Shown: positions 48,875 through 62,332 of the stretch, piece after piece | Layout: every line of letters begins with the position of its first letter | How positions within the stretch are numbered: position 1 is the first letter of the stretch | DNA from: Squalus acanthias | Lineage: Eukaryota | DNA: 64,000 nucleotides | NCBI GenBank assembly: GCA_030390025.1 | Contig: CM059432.1 | Coordinates: 59,088,001 to 59,152,000 of the forward strand | Direction: 5' to 3' | Notes under the pieces: model-generated | What the model was told of the DNA's origin: nothing | What the model saw: only the letters and a program-made list of their open reading frames with translations | Database searches by the model: none | Translations under genes and position numbers: made by a program

Positions 48875-50165
48875 CTAGGATCATAGGAACAAGGGTATCC
48901 CATACAGTCCCTCAAGCCTGTTCCACCATTCAATTAGATCATGGCTGATCTGTATCTCAACTTCATTTACCCACCTTTGTTTCATATCCCTGAATACCCT
49001 TACCTAACAAAAATGTATCAATCTCAATTATGACATTTTCAATGGATCTAGACTCATCAGCTTTTTGGGAGAGAGAGTTCCAGATTTCCACTACCCTTTG
49101 TGTGAAGAAGTGCTTCCTGACATCACCCCTGAATGGCCTAGCTCTACTTTAAAGGTTATGCCCCCTTGTTCTGGGCTCCCCCAACAGAGTAAATAGTTTC
49201 TTTCTATCGACCCTATCAAATCCTTTAATCATGTTAAACACATCAATTAGATCACTCTTTAATTTTCCATACTCAATGAAATACAAGCCGAGTCTATGCA
49301 ACCTGTCCTTATAATTTAATCCTTTTAACCCCAGTATCATTCTGATGAATCGGCAATGCACCCCCTCCAATGCCAATATATCCTTCCTGAAGTATGGTGC
49401 CCAGAACTGAACGCAGTACTCCAGATGCAATCCAACCTGAGATTCATACAACTGTTGCATAACTTCCATCCTTTTGTATTCCAGCTTCCTTGAGTTGAAG
49501 GCTAACATTCCATTAGCCTTTTAAATTATTTTTTGTACCTGTCCACTAGCTTTTAGTGCTTTCTGTACATGGATATCTAAATCTCTCTACTCCTTCACAG
49601 TTCCTAGCTTCTTACCTTTCAGAAAATATTATCTATCTTTCTTAGGTCCAAAGTGGATGACCTCACACTTCCCCATATTGAACTCCATCTGCCGCAGTTT
49701 TGCCCACTCATTTCATCTATCGATGTCCCTGTGGAATTTTCTGCTCCCATCTACATTATGCAGAATTCTGCAGAAATTGTATGAGAAGGATCACTCATCT
49801 TCTCCCCTATAGAACTAAAAATAAAGAGGCAATGCTGAATCTGTACAAGGCCTTAGTTAGGCTGCAGTTGGACTATTGGATTCAGTTGAAGGCACCTCAT
49901 TATAGGAAGAATATAAGAGCAATGGAAAAGGTGCAGCATATATTCAGTCGGATGGCTTCAGGGATGAAAGATTACCCGAAGGAAAAGAGAATTGAGAAGA
50001 TAGAACATTGTGCTCTAAAGCTAAGAAAGTTAAGAAATGGACTGATAGAGGTTTTCAAAATTATAAAGGAATATGATAATGTAACTACCGATAGATTGTT
50101 TTCACTGGTCAGCAAGATGGTAATGAGCAGGTATAAAGTTAAGATAATCGCAAAAAGAATTAATG
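48875..50165. mobile_element. Two CR1 3' fragments (48875-49770 minus, 49800-50165 plus)
   Basis: HLEYCVQFWAPY on the minus strand; MLNLYKALVRLQLDY on the plus strand. Confidence 0.8.
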
Positions 50166-51698
50166 GTTAGAGGACCCAGGGCTAAGGTTCCCGGCACAAG
50201 GTAAATACTCAGGGAGTGGAATACCGGTCGGGGAGGGGGAGGAAGCCCAGGGCAGGACCAAGGTTTTCTTGTGGAGCCCAGAGGAGCACTGCCGTTCCTC
50301 CTGGCCCACAAGGAAACTAAAAAGAAATGCAAAAACTTACTTTGTTGGGCCCCTTCTGGTCCTGGCTGCTGTTCCGGCAGGTTTTGCCTGGCGAGGAAAC
50401 CACCACTGCTCTCCTGCTCAGGCCTCAGGTTAAAATGGCAGACCGGGTCCCGATGACATCATCAAAGGCCAATCTGCATATTTAAAGAGGACCCTGCCGG
50501 CTTGGTCACTCAGCATCAACAATAATGCTCTACTTTCAGTTCATGATCTTATCCTACTTCCTCTTTCTAAGGCAAAATTGCTTAACTGAACTCTAGAAAG
50601 TACCTCTATGATTGACTGAGCCAGAGCCTACTTTGGAAATTTCTGGTACTTTGCAGGTGTCAATCCTACAAGATTAAAATCACTTAGTATTAAAACCATT
50701 GGTTCAAAAATGTTAACAGACAGACAGACATGTTTAGCTGAATTTTCCTCTGGGTGTGGGTGTTGCTACACCATGGCTCGACTCAATAATGATTTAGTTA
50801 CTATATGCAGCGGATCTCTATGCTGGTGAATAACTATTAAACAGATCATTTAACCAGACTTCACAGACATACTTGTGTTGGTGAGCTGGAATGCTAGGGT
50901 GCTTTTAGGAAGGAAATAGCTGTGCTCAAACATAGCAGAGGTAGTTATGGCTTGCGTCCCCTTCATCTGTGCCCCTCGACAGACCTGCTTCAATTTACCC
51001 CTGAACTTCCATTCACAGTTTACGCAGGTATGGGATGTTAATTCAGCTAAGATTCTGTACTACTCCTTCTCCTTTACTTGTTGCCCAGCGACAGATCCAT
51101 TTCCCATCAAACATGCTGCTGTGTGTTGCAGCATTCCCAACAGTAGCTCTCAAGCAAGGCTTCATTCAGGATTGCGATCCTCAACAAAAGGTTGTCGGGC
51201 AGCCCAGATAAACATTGGATTGAAGTTCTGTGAATTCAAATGTAAAATTTTAAAATTTCCTCTCAATGTTTTGCCGAAAGTGGAGGAATTTTGTGGAATG
51301 GAAGTCACTGCAAGACAAGCAGCTTTTAAGGAAAGTACATTGCTGTGGTAATGCCTGCACCATTTTAATTCAGGCTCCACCCAATCACCTGCGGTGCACC
51401 TCACCAGAGCTCCACTAGGGCAACAAAGAGAGCAGAATAAATTAACATACTTGCATCACAACAAAGTCTGATTGTGGTGTGAAATACAATATTAATGTAA
51501 TAAAATGTCACCTTATATATAACTTTTTTCAAACGTAGAACTAGAAATATTAATTAACTGAAGTACAAATCAAATACTAAGAAATGTACGATTGGTTATC
51601 CCAGAAGGTTTTGCAGACAGCAAAGAAGTCCTTGTATCCCAGAAGGCCCAAGTACACTCCCACTGTCCTGACTGAATATCATCGGTGACAGCACTTAC

Positions 51699-51842
51699 CA
51701 AACCCCACCACAGTGCATCTGCATAGGTATTAAAGTCCTGTGTACTGTTTCTGGCATCATTATCATCTTTTTCAACCAGGTAAACAAGAAAGGAGGCCAG
51801 AATGAGTGACAGAAATCCGATGTACCAGGCAGTGATGAGTTC
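51699..51842 (-). CDS. KCNQ3: KCNQ3 coding exon, S5-turret-pore helix (exon 5 equivalent)
   Basis: 144 nt, cag|...|gtaagt, phase 0/0. Translates [48 protein letters not shown]. Confidence 0.95.
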
Positions 51843-54385
51843 CTGATAAACATGAAAAAGATCTATTAGTTTCTTCAAAGTTGATAAATACACAATGTCC
51901 CACTCTACTGTAGGTGCCATCTTGAATTAATATGATGTCAATCCACTCAATTAGTAATTTTACTGTTTTGATATTTATATAGGCAAATTTCATGATCCAG
52001 TAGCACAGAACAAGTCTGATTACAGACTTGTATCTTAACTTCTTAACTAATATCTTAACTTCACTTCAATAAATGAGGGGAATAGGAATAGTCAGAATAT
52101 TCTCTATTTAGATGTAACAGGTTTCATGATAAATGACTACAGAAGTTATTTGAAGCTTTAAGTGATGATCTCATCAGGGCAGATTTCTCTCCACAGAATT
52201 CACGGTGATTGAATCAGTGTTTCATGTACAAACACTTCATATTGAAAATTCAAAATCAAACTTTAACTCAAGATGTGCAAAACTAATGAACAGAAAAGTG
52301 CAAATTACACTTGTTCGCTGAAGCTATTCTTGTCAATAAATTGAAGGTTACACTCTCCTCCACGATCCCACCCAATTTTAGGCAGGATTGAAGTGGATAG
52401 TGAGCGAAAATTCAAGGCAGTAAGGCCTACCACTGCCTGACCTGTACTTCCTGTCCCCCGCCCCTGCCACCGGCCTCTGCTTCCCTGCCCGCTACGAGTA
52501 AATAGTGCTGGCGGGGACAGGGTCTATGTTACCACTGCTTCCTGTGGATGGTTGGGCCGAATGGCCTGTTTCCATGCTGTATATCCTATGTAATCCTATG
52601 TTACGGGGAAGGTGGTGGTAGGCCCTGGGGACTGGTGGTAATGACCCTGAGGTGCCCCCACGTTGGGGGCGGAGGGGGGGGGGGGGAAGAGGGCAGAGAG
52701 ATTCGTGCTGACCTCTTCTCCCTCCGTTCCACCCCTGCTGAAGGCCTGGGTCTTGGCCGAGGCCGTTAAGTGATCATTGGGGGCGTTTCTGCCTCTTTAA
52801 TTGCACTCACAGCTGTTCTGGTGCTGCAAGGAGTAGTCTCGTGCATAGCACCATCAGGATTTTATGCTCTTGCAGGATTGGGCTCCTTCTTGATGGCGGG
52901 AACCCAGCCAGAAGCCCGCCCTGCATATGAGATGACCCCAGATCTAGGAAACTGGGTCGGGGTTCTGGCAATGTTCTGGCGAGGCAGGCAGAAGTCGTGT
53001 CACTTTTTTCCTTTTCTCTCCTGCTCCTGGGTCAAAGTTCATGATCGACATATGATGGGCTCCCGGTGGGATTCCTGACACCAAGAGGACGCCCCCCATT
53101 GGTTTTGATGCATCCTAATCTTACAAGATACTAACTGTGCGATGTTCATGTGATTGTGTGTTTCACTGTGTGGTAATGAATGAGAAGGAGAATCAGATGT
53201 AGGAAGGTATTAGTGCTGAGCTTTGGGAGTCCTATGGAATCACCTTCATACTCTTATATTCAAGGATGTCTCGGTTGGACTCCTCTAAGAAAATCTGGCC
53301 TAGAAATTGGATATGGCCTGAAAACGGGCGGTGTCATGGGCCAGCGCTATTTGGCTGCACCCGTTCTAAGTGGTGCAGGCAGCATGCGAAATTCGTGCTG
53401 CCTGCTCATTTACATCATTGGAATGCTGATCCCAGCACTAAACACGCTGCTGATTGGCTTAGTGCTCAACAGGTGGGCCAATATCGGGTGCAGTCTAATG
53501 ACCAGTAATGTTTGGCCTAGTCTCTCTCCACTGCTTAAATGGGAGGTGCTTTGATGCAGCAGCACCTCATTGTCATTGCAGTCTGAAGCCATGGCACTTC
53601 AACAATAACAGCAACACAGAAAAAGAGCCAGTAGGTTCTCGGATGCGGCTCTCGAGGCCTTGGTTGTGGCAGTGGAGAGAAGGCGGGGTGTCCTGTTCCC
53701 GTAGTCTGGCAGGAAGCCATCAACGCCCACTTGTAGAAGGCTCTGGCAAGAGATAGCTGCCTACGTCACGGCCAACAGCGTCGTGCCGAGGACCTGGATC
53801 CAATGCCGAAAGAAGTTTAATGGCCTCACACGGCAGGTCAAGGTGAGTGAAAGCTTCAGCAAATGCCATATCCTACTATCTGCACCACAAGCCTCACACA
53901 CTGCTCAATGCACCACCACCACCCCCCATCCCATCATTCACCTACCAACAATCTCTACCTATCACCACTCATACCTCACAATCATAGCTTCACTTCACCC
54001 TCACACATTTACCACTGCTGCAACACTCACACCCACATCTCACACCTTGCACACACTGACAGCTATTGAACTATGGCAGGCACATCGCCCAAACACATTG
54101 CACCGCACTCACTCACACACATCCCTTTCTCTTACAGGCCAAGGTGGTTCACAACCACCAGAAGCAGCGGCAAACGGGAGGCGGCCAAGCCGCTTTAGAG
54201 AAATTAAGACAACTGGACGAGACGGTGCTCGACATAATTTGAGGGGAAGTCACCGAGGCTGTGGCAAAGGGCGATGTTGAAGCCCTTGGGGACAATAACG
54301 TTTTGGTCATTCCTAATCCTTCTTCTCACTTCCCACTTCTCCCTCATCCCACAATCTCCTCTCACTTACAAGCTGTTGATGGTAT

Positions 54386-55166
54386 ATGCCCGCATGCAAC
54401 AAGACCTGGATGCGTTCAGGCTTGGGCTGATAAGTGGCAGGTAACATTCGCGCCACACAAGTGCCAGGCAATGACTATCTCCAACAAGCGAGAGTCTAAC
54501 CACTGCCCCTTGACATTCAATGGCATTACCATCGCCGAATCCCCCCATCAACATCCTGGGGTCACCATTGACCAGAAACTTAACTGATCCAGCCACATAA
54601 ATATTGTGGCAACAAGAGCAGGTCAGAGGCTGGGTATTCTGTGGCGAGTGTCTCACCTCCTGACTCCCCAAAGCCGTTCTACCATCTACAAGGCACAAAT
54701 AAGGAGTGTGATGGAATACTCTCCACTTGCCTGGATGAGTGCAGCTCCAACAACACTCAAGAAGCTTGAAACCATCCAGGACAAAGCAGCCCGCTTGATT
54801 GGCACCCCATCCACCACCTAAAACATTCACTCCCTCCACCACCGGCATACAGCGGCTGCAGTGTGTACCATCTACAAGATGTACTGCAGCAACTCGCCAA
54901 GGCTTCTTCGGCAGCACCTCCCAAACCCGCGACCTCTTCCACCTAGAAGGACAAGGGCAGCAGGCGCATGGGAACACCATCACCTCCAAGTTCTCCTCCA
55001 AGTCGCACACCATCCTGACTTAGAAGTATATCGCCGATCATTCATCGTCGCTGGGTCAAAATCCTGGAACTCCCTCCCTAACAGCACCTTCTCAAGGGCA
55101 ATTAGGGATGGGCAATAAATGCGGTCTTGCCAGCGGTGCTCACATCGCATAAACTAATTTAAAAAA
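54386..55166 (+). mobile_element. Truncated second-lineage LINE inside the Myb gene intron
   Basis: QAWADKWQVTFAPHKCQ...KAQIRSVMEYS; same 3' end as the 25900 copy. Confidence 0.9.
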
Positions 55167-55900
55167 TGCATGCATATCATGCTTTCCCCGTCCTCCCCTC
55201 ACCACAACCTGACTCATGTGCCTTTCTGCTTACAGATAACCAAGAACTGCCAGCAGGCCAGCCTGTCCCCGAAGTCATGGAGGAGAGTGGAGAAGAAGAA
55301 GAAGCCACACCGTCACTGCATCTGACACTCGCAGAAACTGGCACTGCGCGGAATGTAGCATTTAGTATAGATGTGCGATTTGCACATGGTGAGGCACCAG
55401 GCACAAGTGGGCTGCAGCAAGGCCAGGGGCCAGCTCACCGGAGGGTGAGTTCGCGCATGGGTTTTGCTGTACACGACTCAGATGATGACCTTGATGGGGC
55501 AGCCTTCAGAAGGGTGATGGACATGCACACCGAAATGCTAGGTGCAATGGTAAGCCTGCCAGAGAGCCTTTTGGCAATGTCGAGGAGCATTGGAGGAGTC
55601 CGGCTCCAACATTGGACGGGGCTTTGTCAATGCTTGGAGCTAATGCTTACCAGGCTGGAAATGATGGACTACTCCAGGAGAGACTGTCGACCCAGCCATA
55701 ATGCTGCGTGTGATGGGCGATGTGGCAGCTTCCACGGCAGCACAGGCGGATGCAACCCTGCGTCTGAGTGCTGCAGTGGAAACGCAGACTGCTCTCCTGC
55801 AGACTCAGCTTGCTGCCACGCAAGCTCAGATTGCTGCCATCGTGGCTGGGTTTACGAGTGTCGAAGGGGGCTCGCAGGGTGTTGCAGGAGGCCAGCAATC

Positions 55901-57596
55901 TAACCTCCCAGAGATGTCGGGGAACATAGGGTCTAATGAGAGGGAAGAACTGAATGAAATCAATATTTGTAGGGAAATGGTGTTGGGGAAATTGACGGGA
56001 TTGAAGGCCGATAAATCCCCAGGGCCTGATAATCTACATCCTAGGATACTTAAGGAAGTGGCCCTAGAAATAGTAGATGCATTGCTGATCATTTTCCAAC
56101 ATTCGATGGAATCTGGAACTGTACCCATGGATTGGAGGGTAGCTAATGTAACCCCACTATTTAAAAAAGGTGGTAGAGAGAAAACGGGGAATTATAGACC
56201 GGTAAGCCTGACATCGGTAATGGGGAAAATGCAAGAGTCCATTATAAAAGATGTAATAGCAGAGCACTTGGAAAACAGTGACAGGATCGGACAAAGTCAA
56301 CATGGATTTACAAAAGGTAAATCATGCCTGACTAATCTACTGGAATTTTTTTGAGGATGTAACTGGTAGAATAGCTAAGGGAGAACCAGTGGATGTGGTG
56401 TATTTGGACTTTCAGAAGGCTTTCGATAAGGCCCCGCATAAGAGATTGGCGTGCAAAGTTAAAGCACATGAGATTGGGGGTAAGGTACTGACTTGGATAG
56501 AGAACTGGTTGGCAGACAGGAAGCAAAGAGTTGGAATAAACGGGTCTTTTTCCGAGTGGCAGGCAGTGACTATTGGAGTACCGCAGGGATCGGTGCCAGG
56601 ACCCCAGTTATTCACAATATATATTAATGATCTAGACGAGGGAACTAGATGTAATATCTCCAAGTTTGCAGAAGACACAAAGCTGGGTGGGCGTGTGTGT
56701 TGTGAGGAGGATGCAGAGAAACTCCAGTATGATTTGGACAAGTTGGGTGATTGGGCAGATGCATGGCAGATGCAGTATAATGTGGATAAATGCGAGGTTA
56801 TCCACTTTGGTGGCAAAAACAGGAAGGCAGATTATTATCTGAACGGCAATAGATTGGGAAAAGGGGAAGTGCAATGAGACCTGGGTGTCCTTGTGCACCA
56901 GTCGTTGAAGGTAAGCATGCAGGTGCAGCAGGCGGTTAAGAAGGCAAATGGTATGTTGGCCTTCATAGCGAGAGGATTCGAGTACAGGAACAAGGATGTC
57001 TTGCTGCAGTTGTACAGGGCCTTGGTGAGACCACACCTTGAGTATTGTGTGCAGTTTTGGTCGCCTTATCTGAGGAAGGATGTTCTTGCCATGGAGGGAG
57101 TGCAGCGAAGATTCACCAGACTGATACCTGGGATGGCAGGAATGACGTATGAAGAGAGATTGGGACGATTGGGTTTGTATTCGCTAGAGTTTAGAAGAAT
57201 GAGAGGGGATCTCATTGAAACTTATAAAATTCTAACAGGACAGGACAAACTAGATGCAGGAAGGATGTTCCCGATGGCGGGGGAGTCCAGAACCAGGGGT
57301 CACAATCTAAAGATAAGGGGTAAGCCATTTAGGACTGAGATGAGGAGGAATTTCTTCACCCAGAGAGTGGTGAACCTGTGGAATTCTCTACCACAGAAGG
57401 CAGTTGAGGCCAGCTCATTAAATATATTCAAGAAGGAGTTAGATATATTTCTTAAGGCTAAAGGGATCAAGGGATATGGGGAGAAAGCAGGGACAGGGTA
57501 CTGAATTTGTATGATCAGCCATGATCTCATTAAATGGCGGAGCAGGCTCGAGGGGCTGAATGGCCTACTCCTGCTCCTATCTTCTATGTTTCTATG
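55901..57596 (+). mobile_element. 5'-truncated CR1, closely related to 12264-15150, inserted in Myb exon 3
   Basis: RT ORFs 56389-56877 and 56893-57504 are nearly identical in protein to the 921-aa ORF; TTCTATGT tail. Confidence 0.93.
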
Positions 57597-58438
57597 TCCA
57601 ACAGATTGCTAGGAATGCTGAGGCACTGCCCCAGGGGAGTGGGAGTGGGTCAGTGGAGCAGGACCCAGCTGTCCTCTCTCAGGATGACAGCATTCCCGTT
57701 CCCACCACTGCCACTCTGCCATTGCCCTTGCCGCTGCCTGTCAGCCAGCCAGCCCAGACTGCTGCCGCCCTTGCCAAGGTGGTGCAGTCTACAGCCGGGC
57801 CTTCTAGGTCCAGAGCTGCTCGAGGTCGTCCTGCAAGGCCATCTGCAGTCTCCCCCACTGAAAGTCAGCAGCCTTCCACCAGCCATGATGCAGCCACTGG
57901 GGGAGCACTGCGTAGGAGCACTAGAGTAGGAAAAGGCACACAAACAATAGGCACTAAGGGATTGCACAAGGGTGATTAGTTCATATTGTAATGTGAATTG
58001 AATATTTACGAATTTATTAATTTTGTTTGGAATGTTTGATTTGTGGTGGCTCTCATTTCAGCTTTGTGCCCAGGAGGACACTGTGATGTTCCGTGACAGA
58101 GGGATGGTAAGATGGGGATATGGTGAGCAACGGGGATCTGGGATTTCATTCAGGGGAACCGGAGTCTGATGAGGCGTTCACGGACAGCCCATCCAGAAGG
58201 GGGATTTGCTGCCTGCCTCCTCCCTTCCTCCTCCTGAGGTGGTCCCACAATCCTTACTGGCAAGGGCTACATCCTCAGATGGCCAAGTTGTAAAGCATGC
58301 AGCAGACCACCACGAAATGGGACACCCGCTCCGGCGAGTATGGGAGGACTCCTCCCAAGCGGTAAAGGCAGCGGAACCGTTGCTTCAGCAGCCCAATGGT
58401 CTGCTCGATGATGTTCCTCGTGGCAGCATGGCTCTCAT

Positions 58439-58591
58439 AAGAACATAAGAATTAGGAGCAGGAGTAGGCCATACGGCCCTTCGAGCCTGCTCCGCTATTC
58501 AAGAAGATCATGGCTGATCTTCGACCTCAACTCCACTTTCCTGCCCAATCCCCATATCCCTTGATTACCCTAGAGTCCAAAAATCTATCTA
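58439..58591 (-). mobile_element. 153-bp CR1 3' end inserted in the transposase
   Basis: TSD TCTCAT (58433-58438 and 58592-58597); TTCTTATG tail. Confidence 0.88.
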
Positions 58592-59322
58592 TCTCATTGT
58601 ATAAGTGCTGGGCAGGAGTGGTGGGATAGCGGAGGTGAGTCATCAGCCAGGTGCACAGCAGATCACCCGCGTCTCCGAGCAGCCACCCTCGGGTATGACA
58701 TGGTGCCTGGAAGATTGCTGGCACACCAGGCTGATGCAGGATGAAGGCATTATGACTACTGCCAGGATAGCGGGCATTCACCATCAGAATGAGCTGGACG
58801 TGGTCGCACAACAACTGCACATTAAGTGAGTGGTAGCCTTTGCGGTTAGGGAAGATCTCAGGATTGGTATACGGTGCCCGCAAAGCTGCGTGGATGCAGT
58901 AAATGGCATCCTGCACAATGGGGAAGCCCGCTATCTTGGCAAAGCCACATGCGTGCTTCTCCTGCTTCTCTTTGTTGAGAGAGAAGACAACGTAGTCCCT
59001 TCTCCTGGTGTAGAGAGCCTCAGTGACCTCCCGGATGCAGCGATGGACTGGGAGATTTAGCTATGTCTCCTGCTGCAGACTGCAACGATCTGCTGGCGAA
59101 GAAATTGAGGACCACGGTGACCTTGAGGGCCACTGGGTGAGCCGTGATCGCCCTGCTCTGAGGCTGCAGGTCTGGCTGCAGGAGGTGGCAGAGTTCTGTG
59201 ACCACCTCCTTGGTGAAGCAGAGCCTCCGAATACACTGCTCCTCGCTTAAGTGGAGATAAGAGAAGTGCTCTCGGAAGAAGCTAGGTGAGGGCCTCCTGT
59301 TGAGAGCCCTCCTGGCCCTCCT

Positions 59323-60835
59323 GGAGGTGGCCTTGGAAATAGTGGATGCATTGACGTTCATTTTCCAACATTCCTTAGACTCAGGATCAGTTCCAATGGA
59401 GTGGAGGGTGGCCAATGTAACCCCTCTTTTTAAAAAAGGAGGGAGGGAGAAAGCAGGGAATTATAGACCGGTCAGCCTGACATCGGTCGTGGGTAAAATG
59501 ATGGAAGCAATTATTAATGATGTCATAACAGACCATTTGGAAAGTGGCGACATGATAGGTCCAAGTCAGCATGGATTTGTGAAAGGGAAATCATGCTTGA
59601 CAAATCTTCTGGAATTTTTTGAGGATGTTTCCAATAGGGTGGACAGGGGGGAACCAGTAGATGTGGTGTATTTGGACTTTCAGAAGGCCTTCGACAAGGT
59701 CCCACACAAGAGATTGGTGAGCAAAGTTAAAGCACATGGGATTGGGGGTAATGTGTTGACGTGGATTGAGAACTGGTAAATGGGTACTTTTCAGAATGGC
59801 AGGCAGTGACCAGCGGGGTACCGCAGGGTTCGGTGCTGGGACTCCAGCTGTTTACATTATATATGATTTGGACGAAGGGATTAAATGTAATATCTCCAAA
59901 TTTGCGGATGACACTAAATTGGGAGGCAGTGTGAACAATGAGGAGGATGCTAGGAGGCTACAGAGTGACTTGGACAGGTTGGGTGAATGGGCAAATGTAT
60001 GGCAGATGAAGTACAATGTGGATAAATGTGAGGTTATCCACTTTGGTGGTAAAAATAGAGAGGCGGACTATTACCTGAATGGTGGCAGATTAGGGAAAGG
60101 GGAGGTGCAACGAGACCTGGGCGTCATGGTACATCAGTCACTGAAGGTGGGAATGCAAGTGCAGCAGGCAGTCAAGAAAGCAAACGGAATGATGGCCTTC
60201 ATAGTAAGGGGATTTGAGTACAGGAGTAGGGAGGTGATGCTGCAGTTGTACAGGGCCTTGGTGAGGCCACACCTGGAGTATTGTGCGCAGTTTTGGTCTC
60301 CTAACTTAAGGAAGGACATTCTTGCTATTGAGGGAGTGCAGCGAAGGTTCACTAGATTGATTCCTGGGATGGCCGGACTGACATATCAAGAAAGATTGGG
60401 TCAACTGAACTTGTATCCTCTGGAGTTCAGAAGAATGAGGGGGGATCTTATAGAGACATTTAAAATCCTGACTGGTTTAGACAAATTAGATGCGGGCAGA
60501 ATGTTCCCAATGTTAGGGAAAACTAGAACCAGGGGTCACAGTCTAAGGATTAAGGGGAAGCCATTTAAGACTGAGCTGAGGAGGAACTTCTTCACCCAGA
60601 GAGTGGTGAATCTATGGAATTCTCTTCCACAGAAGGTTGTTGAGGCCAGTTCGCTAAATATATTCAAAAGGGAGTTAGATATAACACTCACAACTAGGGG
60701 GATCAAGGGGTATGGCGAGAAAGCAGGAATGGGGTACTGAGGTAGCATGTTCAGCCATGAACGCATTGAATGGCGGTGCAGGCTCGAAGGACCGAATGGT
60801 CTACTCCTGTACCTATTTTCTATGTTTCTATGTTT
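59323..60835 (+). mobile_element. 5'-truncated CR1 inserted in the 5' part of the transposase
   Basis: RT ORFs; TSD CCTCCT (59317-59322 and 60836-60841); TTCTATGT tail. Confidence 0.92.
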
Positions 60836-62044
60836 CCTCCTCCCTCTGGGCACATCTTCTCCTCTTCCTCTCCCGAAGATTCTCGAGCGCAAGGGGGACT
60901 GCAAGTAGAGCCCCCATCACTGTGAGCAAGTCATGTGAGCAGAAGCCTTTAAATATGAATGAAGGCATTCTCCACTTGCACCAACACTGCCTGTCACCTT
61001 AGAAACTTGAAACAAGTTTCAAAAGCTGCAAGAGTTGCAGAAAGTTACACAGAGCCAGTCAAACTGAAAAAGCATGTCAGCTACAAGTTGTTGATGATGA
61101 TCCCTTTAAGTAGCACTGCTAGAGGCTCCTTCCTGCTGTGAACGCTGGTCAGATGGTCGTAATTAACACAGGCCGGTAAGTGGAGCGGCAAGCACGAAAA
61201 TGGCAGATCAGGTGTCAGGTGAGCGTTGCACACTCACTGACGTCACAGTCTACATAATTTACATATCTCCAGTGAGCGTGGACATCGGCAGCACTGCCAA
61301 CCTGCCGAAAATGGCAGCTGCTGCAGTGCCACTGAAAGCGGGCGGAAGTGAGGCGGCCACCATTTTTTTCACCAAAACAGACCTTAACGGCCAGCGCTAA
61401 CACCTCCAATTTCTAGGCCCCTGGGCCTTATAATTCCTGTCTCCGAGAAGCTCAGTTTCATCTTCTTTGCCAAGCCTGCCTTCTCCTCAACACTTCTGAA
61501 TTCTCTATAAAGCCCAAGTTCATCTAAGATTTAAATACTGAGGAGCTTGCTATGTGGAACACATCCCAGTCCCAACTCCCCGTAATGCTGTGATTTTGGA
61601 GCATTCCTGAAAGGTCGGTACTGAGGTTTTTGACCAAATATTAGTGAATAACCCTGATGTACATCATGTCAAGCAGTTTTAGGCATGACACCAGACACAA
61701 TATATTTCCTTTCATGCTAAGAAACTTGAATTTCAGACATTTCCATAGCACAAGTGATACTGTCCTGCTCAGTATATATTCAGCACTTGGGTGTCTTCTT
61801 AGATCCTAACATTCCATCATATTTTCGCCTACCAAGAATATTTTCTCTTCATTTGTTTCTTTTATTACTTTCACATCAGGTGACAAACTAAGAGGATCTT
61901 ATGAAGTATGAAAAGCGGCTACTGTATGGAATCCAACAGAAACAGGCAAGAAGCATAAAAAGTGACAGGTATTAAATCCAAGTCTTTAGTTTATGGATAA
62001 GGCAATGATTTAGCTTCATTCTGTGTTTGAAGTGGTTCCCATAC

Positions 62045-62217
62045 CTTGCTGTGTGAACAAATTGCTGAACCTAAAAGTTTCCATGTGCCTCCTCTCCGGT
62101 CCATTCGCAACATGCGCAGTATTTGTAGAAAACGTAAGCTTCGCAGAGATGTCGCCACTATGTTCTGCAGTGTCCCCACTGCAACAATCACCACAGAACC
62201 AATCAGGACGATGATAT
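62045..62217 (-). CDS. KCNQ3: KCNQ3 coding exon, S3-S4-S4/S5 linker (equivalent to human exon 4)
   Basis: 173 nt with tag| acceptor and |gtatgg donor. Translates (D)[63 protein letters not shown] (not ATSALRS) and GSAICxHSK are KCNQ3-type signatures. Confidence 0.95.
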
Positions 62218-62332
62218 CTAGACAGATACAAAGAAAATACTGGGGTGTGAGCAATACCTTGGCCGTAATCCAAGATCCACCAAGACTTCAGGAACAGTTT
62301 GAATCAGATTCTTCAAAGACTGCCTATGTATC

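Larger units (their letters stand above)
53591..57979 (+). pseudogene. Harbinger Myb/SANT-like DNA-binding gene; exons 53591-53842, 54138-~54300, and 55236-57979 (split by a CR1)
   Basis: KRASRFSDAALEALV...GVLFP*...LWQEIAAYV...RTWIQCRKKFNGL|gtgagt; exon 2 AKVVHNH...TGGG; in-frame stops. Confidence 0.85.
58150..60917 (-). pseudogene. Harbinger (HARBI1-like) DDE transposase, disrupted
   Basis: FTKEVVTELCHLLQPDLQP, NRKGYHSLNVQ, YPGSSHNAFIL, WLLGDAG, IIEQTIGLLKQRFRCL. The first catalytic Asp appears mutated (GAID reads DAIY). Frameshifts and two CR1 insertions. Confidence 0.9.
53297..61419. mobile_element. Full-structure, inactivated PIF/Harbinger DNA transposon with four nested LINE insertions
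   Basis: Perfect 15-bp TIR GGCCTAGAAATTGGA / TCCAATTTCTAGGCC; flanks TCT/CCT; convergent Myb/SANT and DDE transposase genes. Confidence 0.92.

Noticed and set aside
50165..53075. GC-rich patches (50165-50510, 52330-53075; also 38440-38770) as CpG-island promoters
   Set aside because: They resemble decayed fragments of the non-autonomous element at 17040-17721.
55701..56354. 217-aa ORF as a novel Myb-tail/RT fusion gene
   Set aside because: Chance in-frame junction at a CR1 insertion; both partners carry stops or frameshifts.
7533..60835. Strand bias of CR1 insertions relative to KCNQ3
   Set aside because: Roughly equal numbers on each strand.
58150..60917. Domesticated HARBI1 host gene
   Set aside because: Flanked by TIRs, frameshifted, catalytic Asp altered and interrupted by LINEs.
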